DNA of 63,761 bases, filler included, from Intoshia linei (GCA_001642005.1; 13 parts of 13 records of this genome joined end to end with filler, not necessarily neighbours in it); one strand, 5' to 3'; positions 48,301 through 61,960 are shown, numbered from the whole stretch's first letter. The notes: generated by a model not told the origin, from the letters alone. A program made the numbers and translations.

Positions 48301-51300
48301 TACTATACAGTACATACTACTATTACAGAATGGAATAACTTTCAACGTTTTTATGAAATGGACATTGATTTTGACGAATATTCTCGCTTTGATGAAAATT
48401 TAACCACAAGAAACAATCAATTAAGTGAAGAAGATATCATTAATGAGACTATTGAATCCCATCCGTCAAATAGTGATTTTAACTGATACCTTTGACATAA
48501 AAGATTGTTTATATCGATTAGACTATCTTAAAAAATCTTTACTAAAAAAACCACACTTATCTCAAAAAATAAAAGAATGCTTCAATATTATAGAAAAAGA
48601 TTTCATTAAATAGGTGATAATTTTATAATAATAGACCTAATTTTATAATAAAAGATACATTTTAATTAACTTAATTGTAAAATTAAAAATATTTGTGTTA
48701 AATTTGCATCTCGCGAAGTTAAATTTTCAATTTCATTAAATATCATCTATTTTTATGATTGTAACTATGCATTTCTGACATTTTAAAACAAGTTAAATCA
48801 CGATTTATTTATCCCTAAAGTGCAATTTATTCAAAAGTGCAATTTTTATTCAAATTTTCAATTTGACTTAGCGCGATTGCACTGTATCAGTATTTTTTTA
48901 AAATTATATGGCTGTTTTCATTTTTAAAAAAAGGGTAAGTTGGGTTTTTGATCGTGAAAATAAACTAATTTAGGTTGTCATTTATGATAATGGTTATAAT
49001 TTTACCAATATTTTTATAAAAAAATCCCATTTTACCAAATTTTTAGATCAATAATTCTTCTGACTGATTCTATAAGAAAAAACCTGATTTAAAAAAATTG
49101 AAAAATCTCCTTTTACTAATATTTTTTTGAAAAAACATTAATCATTAATTTTCCGTTAAATAATTCATAATAATTGGACAACAGAAAAAACCGATTTGTT
49201 GATATTACATTAGAGTGGAAGACATAAAAAAATATGTATATATTAATAATGACATAAAAAAAGATATCAGTGACTGCCTTGATTTTGTGTGCTCTTCGCT
49301 AAAATTTGAGAAACAGGGCAAAGTCAAGAATGTAACTTTTTGATTAAAATATTTTAAACAGACCTTTAAAAAATCTGATTAAAACTTTTCAATTTGAAGT
49401 AAAATAATATATTGCATTATGATGAGATGTATTGTCCACGGCAGCACGTTGTGCACCCCTGGTTTAGAGTCAAAAATAAACCCGCTTAAGCAAAAATTCC
49501 ATTTTTACCAACTCTTTATGGAAATTTCCACTTTTACCTACACATACTGTATTATTAAAACTTGTCAAATTGCTATTTTTTAAAGTGGAAAATTTTTGAT
49601 CTTTTATGAAATAGTTTATGCAATTTAGGGTCTTTTTAGGGTTGGCAAAACTATATTTTCCCTTTAGAGTTGGTAAATTTTTAATTTTAGTAAAAATTTT
49701 AAATATCATTTAACTTACCATTAACTATTACTGATTGAGTAAACTCATATTTCTTTATCGATTGTAGCATGACACTGACCCAAACTGTTTGGGAGACGCT
49801 GTTAATGGTACAGATATAATGCACCCCNNNNNNNNNNNNNNNNNNNNNNNNNNNNNNNNNNNNNNNNNNNNTTAATTAATTAANNNNNNNNNNNNNNNNN
49901 NNNNNNNNNNNNNNNNNNNNNNNNNNNAATGTATATTAATTGATTCGACTGCAATATTTCAACATTTACCTTTATTTTATTAACGAAAATTAAGAGACAT
50001 ATGAAACTGTCAAATTATGCTTAACTAAAATTAATTATACAGAATACAATTGGAAAATATGTTGCCACTTAAACGTTGTCAGCTATTTGACAGGAATGCA
50101 AAGTGGTTACATAAAATATCCATGTTTCATGTCTCTTTGATTCACGTAAGAGATGAAAATTATATTAAAAAAAATTGGAATATTAGAAGTATTGACCCTG
50201 GTTTTAATGAAAAGTTTATTAACAACGTCAATTTTGTCGGACAGTGTAATTTAACTTAAACTGATGTTACTAACAAAAAATAATACATAGATTAATGATC
50301 TGATATAGACCTAGATCCGGTATTGGTTACCAACACGTTTTGGTATTGCATGTATCATTGTAGTATTAAAAGTATTAAAAAATTAGTTTATTCTTGTAAA
50401 GTACATTATATTTCAGTCCTGTAAAAGTTGAATTTTACCAAAAACCCCCAAATAAAAAATCAACTTTTACCAATCTTGAAGGAAAAAACCTTCTTCCCAT
50501 AATTATTATTATAATCCAATAACACTAATGTAAATATTCCACCAAAATTTAAAATTTTTGTTTTATTCTAAGGTTCCCATTTGAGGTCCCTGACCCCAAT
50601 ACTATATGCCTGAAGTCCATGAGATTCACATAAAATATGAAAAATATTTTATCAACTTTTTTTTATTTATAATAATTATAGAATTTCCAATTTATCTCAA
50701 AGCCTATACGATCGCTACATTATTATTTCAAAAACCCACTTTTATTCCACCATTAATAAAATTTACAGTGCCAAAGTGGTAATAAAAAACTCAGGGAAAA
50801 TCCATTTAATCCAAACACAATATAAAAAATCCAATTTTACCAACCCTTAAGAAAAAATATCTTTTTGCCAAATCTTATGAGAAATGTTTTATATTTTGTT
50901 TCCTTTGGGATTCAAAAAAATAAGTATTTTGAAACGGGGTCCGTGCACTATCTGAATATATAAACGAAATAATTACAATAAGTATTTTGTAAAATTCATG
51001 ATGGAATCTAAATAAATTTTTTAACAATATAGTACTGAGCCTATTCGAATGTCACTGCTTACCAGTGTTGTATAATATAGATTTCACTCATGTGAGGTAT
51101 CTTGTTTAAGCTAAATATAAACCAATATTATATATTGTTAACGTGACAATTACTATTTAGATCAAATAGTAAGAAACTCAATTTTAGACGAATAAAATGT
51201 CTAATAAACAAATATATTAAAACGATATATTATTGGTTACATACACATAAAAATTCTATTTTGAATTTATTACGCATTAATTTGTATTAACACGATTAAG

Positions 51301-51421
51301 ACAGTTTAAAATATCGTCTTTTTAATAATTATAAATTAAACTAATTTTTTACAAATTAACGCAAGTTTACTGAATAATAAATTAATTTTATACAATTCTC
51401 AAACTGAAATTAGTTTGATAA

Positions 51422-53457
51422 TTATTCCTTTTTAGAACGCTTGCGCAAGATGGCCTTATCTATTAAATCTAATTGTAAGAGTAAATCACTCTTTCTTTTT
51501 GACTTTTCTTCGTCGGTACTGGGTTTAATCGAGTTTTTAATATTAGAATCATTATTATTCGACACAGGTTCCAGTTCATTTTTAGTAATTCCAGTATCAT
51601 TGGTGTTTTCGCAATCAGATTCTCTTAAAGGCAGTGACAATGAAGTCAAAGAACTGGAATCAGAAATGGAACTACCAGAGTCTGTCGAAATGTCTTCTGT
51701 TGTGTTTTGGCGTTTAAGCAGCTTAGGCTTTGTGGGAGTTGAAATAGTTTTTAGTTTATTTAAGATTGCTTTCCTTTCTTTGCTAGTATCAGAAATATCT
51801 GTATCTAACGATGATTCAGAATCTGAACCGCTAGAAGATGTAGATTTTTCAGTTTTTATGTACACCGATCTTGTAGATGTGCGTGGTTTAACATTAAGGT
51901 GGATTAATTTGTCTTTGGAAAACTATAAAATTAATATTTATAAAATATTCTGTACAAACCGTATCTCCATTTTCATTGTCAGAGCTATCTAAACGAAATT
52001 GTAATGGATTATTATATTAGTACCTATTATTTGTTTCTCGATAGATAAAAGAGACATTGAACTGGAATGTCTAAAAATTAGTACACATAATAAGAATATT
52101 AACCGAGATGGAGATTTTTTAAAGTTTTTTGAGCGGTATTTAGGTGATGTGGAAGAAATACTTTTGTGGTTACTTGAGAATGATCTTCTGTCTTGTGTGT
52201 TTTTGAAAGATTTATGCCTAAATATATGCCGTGATCAATTTCAAATGTTGACAAACCTAACATATGGATCTCTCCAATTCTCCGATCTATTGTTTCTTCG
52301 ATTTGATCTAGACACGTAAACTATTTGTAAATTTAATTAACCTTGAATTTGAGACACTAGAAACATCTGAGGAATATGAACGACGCACTTTACGATCTCT
52401 TGAATATCTTCTGGTGTATCGATCACGGTTTTTATCGTTATATCTGTGAGTATCGTAGTTTTTACTTTTACGTTCATATTTCTCCTCGCTCGAACAGGAA
52501 CAATCATACCAATTGTTACGATTTTTATGGGTTTTTGAAGAATTATAGTCGCAATAATAATCTATTTTATTTTTAAAATAAATTCTAACCAACTAAACCT
52601 TTAGAGTGGTATCTTCCATCGGATCGTTTACTTCGGTAATTATTTGAACTTTTATAATTCTGGAAATACATTTAATTTATATTTTTTACTAATTACATTT
52701 CTACTTTCATATTTATAGTTGCCACTAAAAACAACATTAATAAATAATTTCAAAATATTATCCATTACTCTCTGTTCGCATATCTGCCAGAATGCGTTAA
52801 ATTATCAAAAGTGCTATGATTTAGTTTTGTATTTCGTAAATCTTTGCTATCAGAGTTTTTTGATTTATTAGACTCAACATTGGACTATAAAATAATAAGC
52901 ATTAACTTTAAATTGTAACTACAGATTTTGAAGTACTCAAAGCCAAAATCCAATCATGTGTTTTGCTTTTCTAAAATATTAATAAATAAAAATAATTTAA
53001 TATATACATTTTTATTTCTAGATGGCGTGAATATCCCAAACTCGCTTTTCGGAACTAAATTGTTTATGAAATTTTAAACTTTCAAATCTATAACTTGATA
53101 ATATTAACAAGTTATGAGTAATGGGTAGTAGAAATACTTTGAAACTATTCACATAAATTTATAAATATTAAAAATACTATAATGGTTTAGTTGGTATAAA
53201 CACTATTTTGTAAATTTTTGAAAATACAGAATTAACCTTTAAGTCATAAATCATGCGATAATGAAGGCAGTAAACTTTATCAAAATAATTATTGAATTTT
53301 AATAGTAAACGAAATCAACTAATTAATTAATGGTGATTTCAGTACCTCCAAACCTCCCATTGATTTCATTGTCACTTTTATCAACAGATACGTTATCATA
53401 AGATCCATCCGTATCAATTTCACCTTCTTCCAATTCTTCCGATTCTTGATTATCCCT
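51422..53457 (-). CDS. ZC3H18-like RS/charged low-complexity protein, multi-exon, 5' end missing
   Basis: EELEEGEID motif, many mini-exons rich in R/S/D, a Ser-rich tract, and C-terminus RKSDLLLQLDLIDKAILRKRSK resembling ZC3H18 RREELLKQLKAVEDAIARKRAK. Confidence 0.7.
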
Positions 53458-53501
53458 CTAAATATAAATAATTAAATTTTTTAATAGAGCGCAACAGTAT
53501 A

Positions 53502-54246
53502 CGGGGTAATCTATATAAAACCTGGTTAATTTAAATATTTTAACGGTCTACATACATTTTTCATTAAATAAAATTAATATTTAGATAGCGCATATACTTC
53601 TACCTATCTTAATTTAATTATTAACTATAAATTAAAATAATTAATTAATCTCAATTGAAAATTTTGTAAAATTATGGAGATCATATATTTATTTTTATAA
53701 TATATAATTATAACCTTTACTTTTTATTGCATATTAACTCATTATGATTGAAAATAAGAAATATTTGGAAAGTGTTATTGATTTTGTTAAATCAAAAAGA
53801 GAAAACATTTTAACTTATAATGAAAAATTGGATATTTTATTAATACAAGCGAAAATCAGATTAAATAATTTGGAAATAAAAACAAAGTCCAGTCGTGGCA
53901 GAAAAGTAAATACTGTTAATCCAAATATTAGAACTGCATTTTTGTTGAATCGGAAATACATAGTTGTGGACACCTGGAAAACGTATTCTAGTGAACATTG
54001 TGTAAAAGTGGCAGAATCATGAAATAGACCAGATATGATTGGTTACCTAAAAAATTGTGGAGTGGAATTGATATTATCATTAAGAATTTTTGTAAGAGAA
54101 AGAAGAATAAATAAAACTAGAACCGTAGCTCGAGATGTTTTGATGATGTTTTTGGATAAAGGTTATTTGAATTTTAACAGATTGAATGAAAGTGAATTTT
54201 CTGCTAACTTAAGAAAAGTTCAAAGATTCCTGCAATACAATGGATA
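53502..54246 (+). mobile_element. 5' end and N-terminal half of a Sailor-like transposase (pseudogene)
   Basis: TA|CGGGGT terminus. ORFs 53744-54022 and 54035- share one frame split by a TGA. FVRERRINKTRTVARDV...LRKVQRFLQYNG is an HTH-like motif typical of the region upstream of such DDE domains. Confidence 0.6.
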
Positions 54247-55008
54247 NNNNNNNNNNNNNNNNNNNNNNNNNNNNNNNNNNNNNNNNNNNNTTAATTAATT
54301 AANNNNNNNNNNNNNNNNNNNNNNNNNNNNNNNNNNNNNNNNNNNNGACCCACTGAGAGGTGGCTAGTGCATATATTTCATTAAACATCGTTAGCACAAT
54401 GTTTTTAATGTATATTATTGATTCTAGGTACGTGAAGTATTATTGGTTCAGATATGTCTCATTTGAACCAATTTTAGCCAACAGCTTTCCAATTTATCAT
54501 AATTATAACTTATCATTTAAAATTATTTTTGTAGTCAAATTGAAGCTATGGCTTAATACACATAATGTATAATTACATCAGACTGGGAACATTTCATTAT
54601 AAAGCTGATACATGTAAATTGTACATGTAAAAAAATGAATAAAAATATAAAGTTTTAAAATACACTCTATATTTTCAAATATCATAGGGCCTAGGCCCTA
54701 GAGTTTACACATTCCAGTTTAAGAATGATATTTAAAAATATTTACTCGATGGATAAATTTTACTGACTTATTGGGAATGTTTTATAATAGAGAGATTTTT
54801 TAATATTAAAAAATAACGTAATGTAAATCAAATATAGGGTAATTTTATTATTTATTATATATTAAACTATTACAAAACTTATTATTTTAAATTAACTGCT
54901 TCTAATGTTTTCTAAATGTAAAAATAAAAATAATTTCAAGTTAAATTAAAATTACACATCCCTATTAATAATTATGTAATAAACTTGAATATGCAATGAT
55001 AAATACAT

Positions 55009-55652
55009 ATTAGGGTGTCCCACTAATTAAAAGGTCGAAAAGAATGTTTCACTATTGTAATTATTGGTAATTCTAAGAGATTATTTCGAATATTAGCGCA
55101 CAATTTTTCAATTTAACTGGGCGACGAGTGTTCACTTTTTTAAGGAAATTTTTTTGAACTTTTGTTTATTTTTCATAATTTTATTATTTATGCTAATTAA
55201 AATGCCTTTTACACACACAAAAGTGAACCAACTTTGATTTTTTTAACTACATGGCAGATACACATTCATTATATAATTATTTATTATGGCATAATTATGC
55301 TATTAATTACATTTTTCCTATCTAGTCAGTTCAAAATTTAAAAATGTTTTCATTCAAGTTTTTTTTTAAATACTTAGAACATGTTTGTATATCTGTCATT
55401 TAATTAATAAAATCAAAATTGGTTTAGTTTTGTATGTGTAAAAGGCATTTTAGTTAGCATAAATAATAAAATAATGGAAAAATTAACAAAAGTTAAAAAA
55501 ATTTTCCTCAACAAAGTGAACTTTCGTCGCCCAGTTAAATTAAAAATTTGTGCGCTAATATTCGAGATACTCTCTTAGAATAACTAATAATTACGATACT
55601 GAAATATAATTTTCGATCAATTAAAAAATTGTCTTTATAGAACACCCTAATT
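55009..55652. mobile_element. Foldback MITE with ~255 bp inverted arms
   Basis: TTAGGGTG...CACCCTAA termini. Arms 55009-55262 and 55385-55652 are reverse complements (for example TTTAACTGGGCGACGA / TCGTCGCCCAGTTAAA). Confidence 0.85.
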
Positions 55653-56186
55653 ATTAGTATTATATAAATATTATAATACATATATATATACATTTATTTT
55701 ATGTTACATAATTAATTTAGATTTTTAGGCATATTTTTACCAAATAATTTCACGACTATTAAAATACAAATATTGTAAAAAAATCATTATTGTAATATAT
55801 TAAATTATTTATTATTAAATATATTATATACCTTCTAATATTATATCAGTAAGAATTTTACACATTCAATTAATTGATTAAATCGATTTTAAAAATTACT
55901 GACTATATTTTTATTTAAATTTAGGTTAAAATGACTTTAATTTGAAAACGTTACAAAAATTTTAGATGTTAATATATAATTACAGCCTATTCAATATGTT
56001 AATATAATATAATTTTAAAATTTTATTTAACCATCTAAAAACATTAAAATGTGATTAATTGGTTTTAACTTGTCTTATTGACAAAAAATAGTTTATATGT
56101 AGAAAATATACTTGCTGGAATGAGAAATTTGCATGTAAATATTTATTTTAATTTATAGAATATTATATAATTATAATATAATAATA

Positions 56187-56376
56187 CAGTTTTATGCATT
56201 GAGATACGAGCTATTGTGCAACTAGATACGAAGTTCGTATTAAGAACTAGTGTGCATTGTGCACTCACATACGCACAATACTCCGTATATGGATGCAAAC
56301 TAGTTTGTATCTAGTTGCACAATAGTGTTTATTTAGTTGCACTTTAGCTCGTATCTCAGTGTACATTTTTGTACTA
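56187..56376. mobile_element. Small palindromic MITE
   Basis: TGAGATACGAGCTA...TAGCTCGTATCTCA, plus internal TTGTGCAACTAGATAC / GTATCTAGTTGCACAA. Confidence 0.7.
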
Positions 56377-56567
56377 TAAATAATAGTATAATACATTTAT
56401 CTTTTTGAAATTTTACTTACTGTTTTAATAAGTATTACATAATTAAATTATTTTAAAAATGTTGAAANNNNNNNNNNNNNNNNNNNNNNNNNNNNNNNNN
56501 NNNNNNNNNNNTTAATTAATTAANNNNNNNNNNNNNNNNNNNNNNNNNNNNNNNNNNNNNNNNNNNN

Positions 56568-57960
56568 TTATTTAAATAATATGTGACACAAATTTGATAT
56601 AAAATTTAACTATAATACATAATATATAACACATATTTTATTTACGATGTAAGTTATATTAGATTATAAGTAATATTATTGTTTAATAGGACGTAAAAAA
56701 TATAAAGTATTATTTACATAATGTGTGACACAATATTAATATAATATTCAACTTTGATACATATTATATAACATATATTTCATATACGATGTAAGTTGTA
56801 TTAAATTATAAGTAATATTTCTGTTTAATAGGACGTAAGAAATATAAAATATTATTTAAATAATATGTGACTTAATATTAATATAAAATTTAACTTTAAT
56901 ACATATTATATAACACATTTTTATTTACGATGTAAGTTTTATTAANATATAAAGTATTATTTAATTAATATGTGACACAATATTAATATAATATTCAACT
57001 TTGATACATATTATATAACATATATTTCATTTACGATGTAATTTTTGTTAAATTATAAGTAATATTACTGTTTAATAGGACGTAAGAAATAAAAAATATT
57101 GTTTAAATAATATGTGACTTAATATTAATATAAAATTCAACTTTAATACATATTATATAACACATTTTTATTTACGATGTAAGTTTTATTAAATTATAAG
57201 TAATATTACATTTTCATAGTAGGTAAGAAATTTAAAATATTATGTAAATAATATGTGACACAAATTTGATATAAAATATAAGACTTAAAATAAATTTAAC
57301 TCTAATACTAATTATAATATAACACAAATCATTTACAATTTAATTTTTATTTAATTATAAGTAATATTACTGTGTAATAGAACGTAATAAATATAAAAAA
57401 TTATGTAAATAATAAGTGACACACATTTGATATTAAATTTAATTATAATACATATTATAATATAACAATACATCATTTATGATTTAAATTGCATCAAATT
57501 ATAAGTTATATTAAATTTTAATAAAAGGTATGAATTATAAAAAATTTTGTATATAATATGTGACATAAATTTGATATAAAATTCAATTATAATACACATT
57601 ATAATATAACACATAGATGATTTACGATTTAAATTTTATCAAATTATAAGTAATTTTACTGTGTAATAGAAAGTAAAAAATATAAAATAATATGTAAATA
57701 ATAGGTGACACAATATTAATATAAATATCAACTATAATACACATTATAATATAACACATACATCATTTATGATTTAAATTTTATTAAATTATAAGTTATA
57801 TTAAATTTTAATAAAATGTATGAAATATAAAAAATTATGTAAATAATATGTGACATAAATTTGATATAAAATATAAAACTTAAAATAATTTTAATTATAA
57901 AATATATTATAATGTAACACTTAAATTATTTACACTTTAAATTTCATCAAATTATAAGTT
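56568..57960. repeat. AT-rich tandem satellite, ~142-145 bp unit, about 10 copies
   Basis: A GTGAC-containing anchor recurs at ~56582, 56724, 56866, 56971 (N-join), 57113, 57254, 57415, 57559, 57704 and 57849. Confidence 0.92.
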
Positions 57961-59069
57961 AAAAATATAATTAAAAAAATTGTACATGGAACGTTTTACA
58001 TTTTCAATATAGAAATAGGAACGAAAATTTATATAATTGATTGTTTAGAAATTTTTTATATTGCTACGCAATTTTTTAATTTAAAATTATTATTTTTATA
58101 AACATTTTGAATAAAGTTTAAATTATAACTAAACAACCAAATTAATACAACTTTGTAAATAGTATGTTGATAGTATATTAATTTATTATTTAAGATGTTA
58201 TTTTTATGTTAAGAATATTTATTACAATTTTACCAAATGTTGGTAAAATTTGACTGAAATGTTTATAAAGTGAAGATTTGGTTAATTATTGATACATAAA
58301 TGATATAAGATAGCCTTCACGGTGAAAAAAGCATTTTTGTATTCATAAATTTTTTTTTAAAATATTTTATCAACAATGTAAAACAAAAAATGTGAAATTA
58401 TTCAAAATTAAAATTGAAATTAAAAAAAAAATTATTCTGATAGAGATTATTCCAGTTTATAGGAATATATTATACATAATTTCTTAGGACCGTCAAAAAA
58501 TCGAAATTGAATTGCTATTACATTACCTATATAAAACATATAATTTTGATGAATTACGAATAGCTTTTAAAATTATTTGCATTTGTATTTAAATAATATG
58601 GTCCAGTTTTACCCAAAGATCCATTTTATTTATCAAATTATCTACATTGACCTAAAATTTACATTCACTATTACACGTTATGATTTTATTAGTTTATTTT
58701 AATTGTTAAATGAAATTTTAAATTAAATCAAATAATAATCATGCACAAAAAATATAGTTCTCTAAAATCGTTTTTAAAAAATGATTTGTCCCTAAAAATT
58801 AGTTTTTAAATAAAATTTTGAACAAAATGGTCATAAAAATACTTTGTTCCGTATGTAAGTGTTAATAAGCATTGATTTAAAATTGAAAAAAACCCTTGCA
58901 AAATTTATAGAAATAAATTCAAAAATACTTTCAACAAATTCCAACTATTTCTTTCTTTCTTTTTTGATTTTGGAATCAAATAAATTCTAAATTTTTGTTA
59001 TTATTATTATTAATAATTATTAATAACATACATTATTTACATCTATTAATTAATATACATAATGTATTT

Positions 59070-59870
59070 ACTTTATTTTTACTAAAGGTTCAATACATAT
59101 AGATTTAAAATAAAATGTATCAATTTCTTCACTATTAAAAGTATGATTAGATTTGTTAGTTAAAGAAAATTTTGCAGTTTCGCAAGATTCTCCGTACAAC
59201 GTAATAAACACATTTCCAATTGTACCCAAACCCTTGGTATTTCCAGTTTTTTTTTAATTTGATACACTATAATAAAAGTTACATTAATAAACTAAAAATT
59301 AGGAAATGAAGAAATTACCTGTATGCCTATATTGAATTGGTTAAAAAGTTTTAATTTGTACACAATCAGCAATACAATTTGACAACCAAGATTAAACAAT
59401 CAAAATGTAATCAATTTTTATAATTAGATAGTTGAATAGTTATACTATTGGCATACCATTTAATGGGTTTATTTATATTTTTATTGTAAATCTAAAAAAA
59501 TTTATACTGTTTAAATGACAACAATACTTACAATTTAATATACAACAATTTTCCAATATCGGTAGCCGTAATATAAATGCATTTTGCTGTTCCCCGTTCA
59601 AATTTTTGCACAATCAACGACATGTCCGTTTTTCGTAAAATTGGGTCAACTTTCGTTAATGTTTTTGGACTGTGGTATATTATGTTATCTACTATCCCAT
59701 TTATTCTTATTCTGTGTAACGTTTTTTTTGAATTATATAATGTCACGTAAATCTGATTTATACATGAATAATATAATGTAGGTGTAAATTGAAAAAAGTA
59801 TATAAACTTACCTATGAGTTGGACGTAGAATTTCTTTGTAATCCCGTTACAATATTTAACCTATAGGTAA
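59070..59870 (-). pseudogene. Multi-PLAT/LH2-domain (LOXHD1-like) pseudogene
   Basis: PLAT1 reads ITYRLNIVTG...IYVTLYNS...FERGTAKCIYITATDIGKLLYIK...WYANSITI...HFDC/SWLS. PLAT2 reads VYQIK/KTGNTKGLGTIGNVFITLYGESCET...FNSEEIDTFYF. Stops and frameshifts are present; splice sites are intact. Confidence 0.75.
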
Positions 59871-60949
59871 TAAAATTTAATATAAAAATATTTTTGTTGA
59901 AATTATTTTTCTTTAAATTATAATTATGATTACGGTTGAGTCTTTTGAGTTGATTTATTAAATATTGATTACAAAATTTTGATTTTGTATGTTTTTATAA
60001 AATTTTATATAGTCTGAATAATAAATACAAATAAGACAAAAAAATTGAAAATTATATTAGTCTGGAAAGTTTCATTTTTTGTAGGGTATATTTTTTCAAA
60101 GTAATTTACAAGGTTGGGATCTGTAACTTATATTTGGAATTATAATTTAGTGCTCGTTGCATTTTTCTAATGCAATTTTATCGGTTAAATTATTTTTTGT
60201 GGAAACTATTACATTTTAAGCAAGGTAACGCTCCAATTTATATATACCTTTGTTTTTGTTAGTTTTGTAGTTGAATGTTGCTATTAGCGTGGACTAGATT
60301 TTGTGTAATTATTATTATAGTATAAATAATACTTATTAACATATTCATTATATCATTTTCGTGGCAAATGGTTTATAATTAATTGAGAAATTATAGTTAA
60401 ATTGTTAATTATATTGTCTCTTTTGTGTTGGAAGTTGGCATGTGTTAAGTCGGGGTAAATTTGATAATTTTAAAATATTTTTTATCAAGTCATTTAAATT
60501 TAATTGAATTTAATTATTGGGGAAATTTTGTTAACTTTATTAATTTATTTTATTCCAATATGACAGTATATAAGACAGTCAAATAAGAATAGAATTTTAA
60601 AAGGTGAATAACTTGATTATATTTATTATTTTATTTTAAATTTTAAATATATTTTAAATTTTTGTTTTTACAAAGTAAAAATTGATGCATGACATATTTA
60701 GATTCGGGTAAGCAATCACAATTATATTTCACTACCGTTTAGTTACTAATTTCATCACTTATAATCTACAGGTCAAAACATTTTTTCTGAAACATAATAG
60801 GAAATACTAGGAATTTAAATATTTCAAGTAAAATTATAGTAAAATTGTAAAATAAAAGAAAAAAAATTCAAAAATTAACATTGATTGCTTTTAACGCTGT
60901 TGAAAGTTAAATTTAATTTCTGTTATATACATATAAAATATTTATATAA

Positions 60950-61725
60950 CTAGGTTGACTATTATGTACTACGTACAAAAATCACCTAGCTCTGCCGAGG
61001 GCACATTTTTATTTTACCAAAAAAATAAATTCATGTTGAAAATCTAACTTAAAAATCTACTATTTACTATTATTAATCCATTAAACGAGTGGTTTCTAAA
61101 TTTGTTTCAGGTGGAACTATTATATCACATTACTTTTTACTTTAAAGTGAATTATTCCATCTTAATTTTTAAAGTTAACATTTTTGTAAAAAATTTTTTA
61201 CCCATATTTCTTTATTGTAAATGTTTCGACGTACAATCCACATTTTTTTTAAAATTGTAGGATCAATATTTACATTTTTAATTTTTATTTTAATTGAAAT
61301 ATTTGAAAAATATTGTTAATAATATATTAAAAATTATTTTTCACCGGGAATGCGTAGAAGTCTAGATTTGAAATTTTGTATTTATATTAACTGGAATAAG
61401 CTCTATTAAAATAATCTTTTTTAAATTTTCAGATCGTTAATTATTTTACATTTTTTGTTTTAATAAAATATTTCAAAAAAAAATATATTTATACTAAACT
61501 ACTTTTTTGACCGTGAATTTGTCACTTATTCGGATTAAAATTTTCTGTGGTGTTAAGAGGATACAACTGTACATGGTACACTGTACAACCTGTAATTTTT
61601 TTTTAAATTTTAGGGCTGTTTTCATTAAAAAACTAAGGGTCATTTAGGGTTTTGGCCATAAAGATATATTTTTTTTAAATTTAAATTTATGATAATATTT
61701 ATGATTTTAAAATCCGTATCAGAAT
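60950..61725 (-). mobile_element. Non-autonomous Helitron, 3' end plus body
   Basis: CTAG|T terminus at 60950 with the subterminal hairpin, contiguous with the multicopy body. The same 3' end occurs at ~24125-24176, 35260-35313, 41780-41830, 42643-42690 and 46680-46726. Confidence 0.75.
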
Positions 61726-61726
61726 A

Positions 61727-61960
61727 CCGTATTTTTCTGAGTATAAGGCGCACCCTGTATAAAAAACAATTTACAACAATTAATTCACATATAAGGCGCA
61801 GTGGCGTATAAGGCGCAAGAAATTTTATTAAGAGATATCTATGAAAAGTTAAGATTCCAATGATGCAGTATATAGTTAAAAAAAAATTTTCTCTTACAAA
61901 ATCTTCATATATAGCGCACTGGCGTATAAGGCGCATTCCCAATTTTTCATGTAAAAAGGT
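61727..61960. mobile_element. pogo-like MITE end inserted into the Helitron
   Basis: TA|CCGTATTTTT terminus and four TATAAGGCGCA repeats. Confidence 0.7.

Noticed and set aside
49718-49827. Candidate upstream PDCD4 exon ending at a GTAAGT donor
   Set aside because: Its only open frame ends in phase 1, whereas the 47377 exon needs phase 0, and the similarity is weak.
51441-51992. 183-aa plus-strand ORF
   Set aside because: Antisense shadow of the Ser-rich last exon of the ZC3H18-like gene.
56568-57960. Possible CRISPR-like array
   Set aside because: Whole units are homologous with no unique spacers, there are no cas genes, and the context is eukaryotic.
33426-59814. In-frame TGA/TAG codons suggesting an alternative genetic code or readthrough
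   Set aside because: They occur only in TE relics and pseudogenes alongside frameshifts. The intact genes show no internal stops in the exons I translated and end normally in TAA or TGA.
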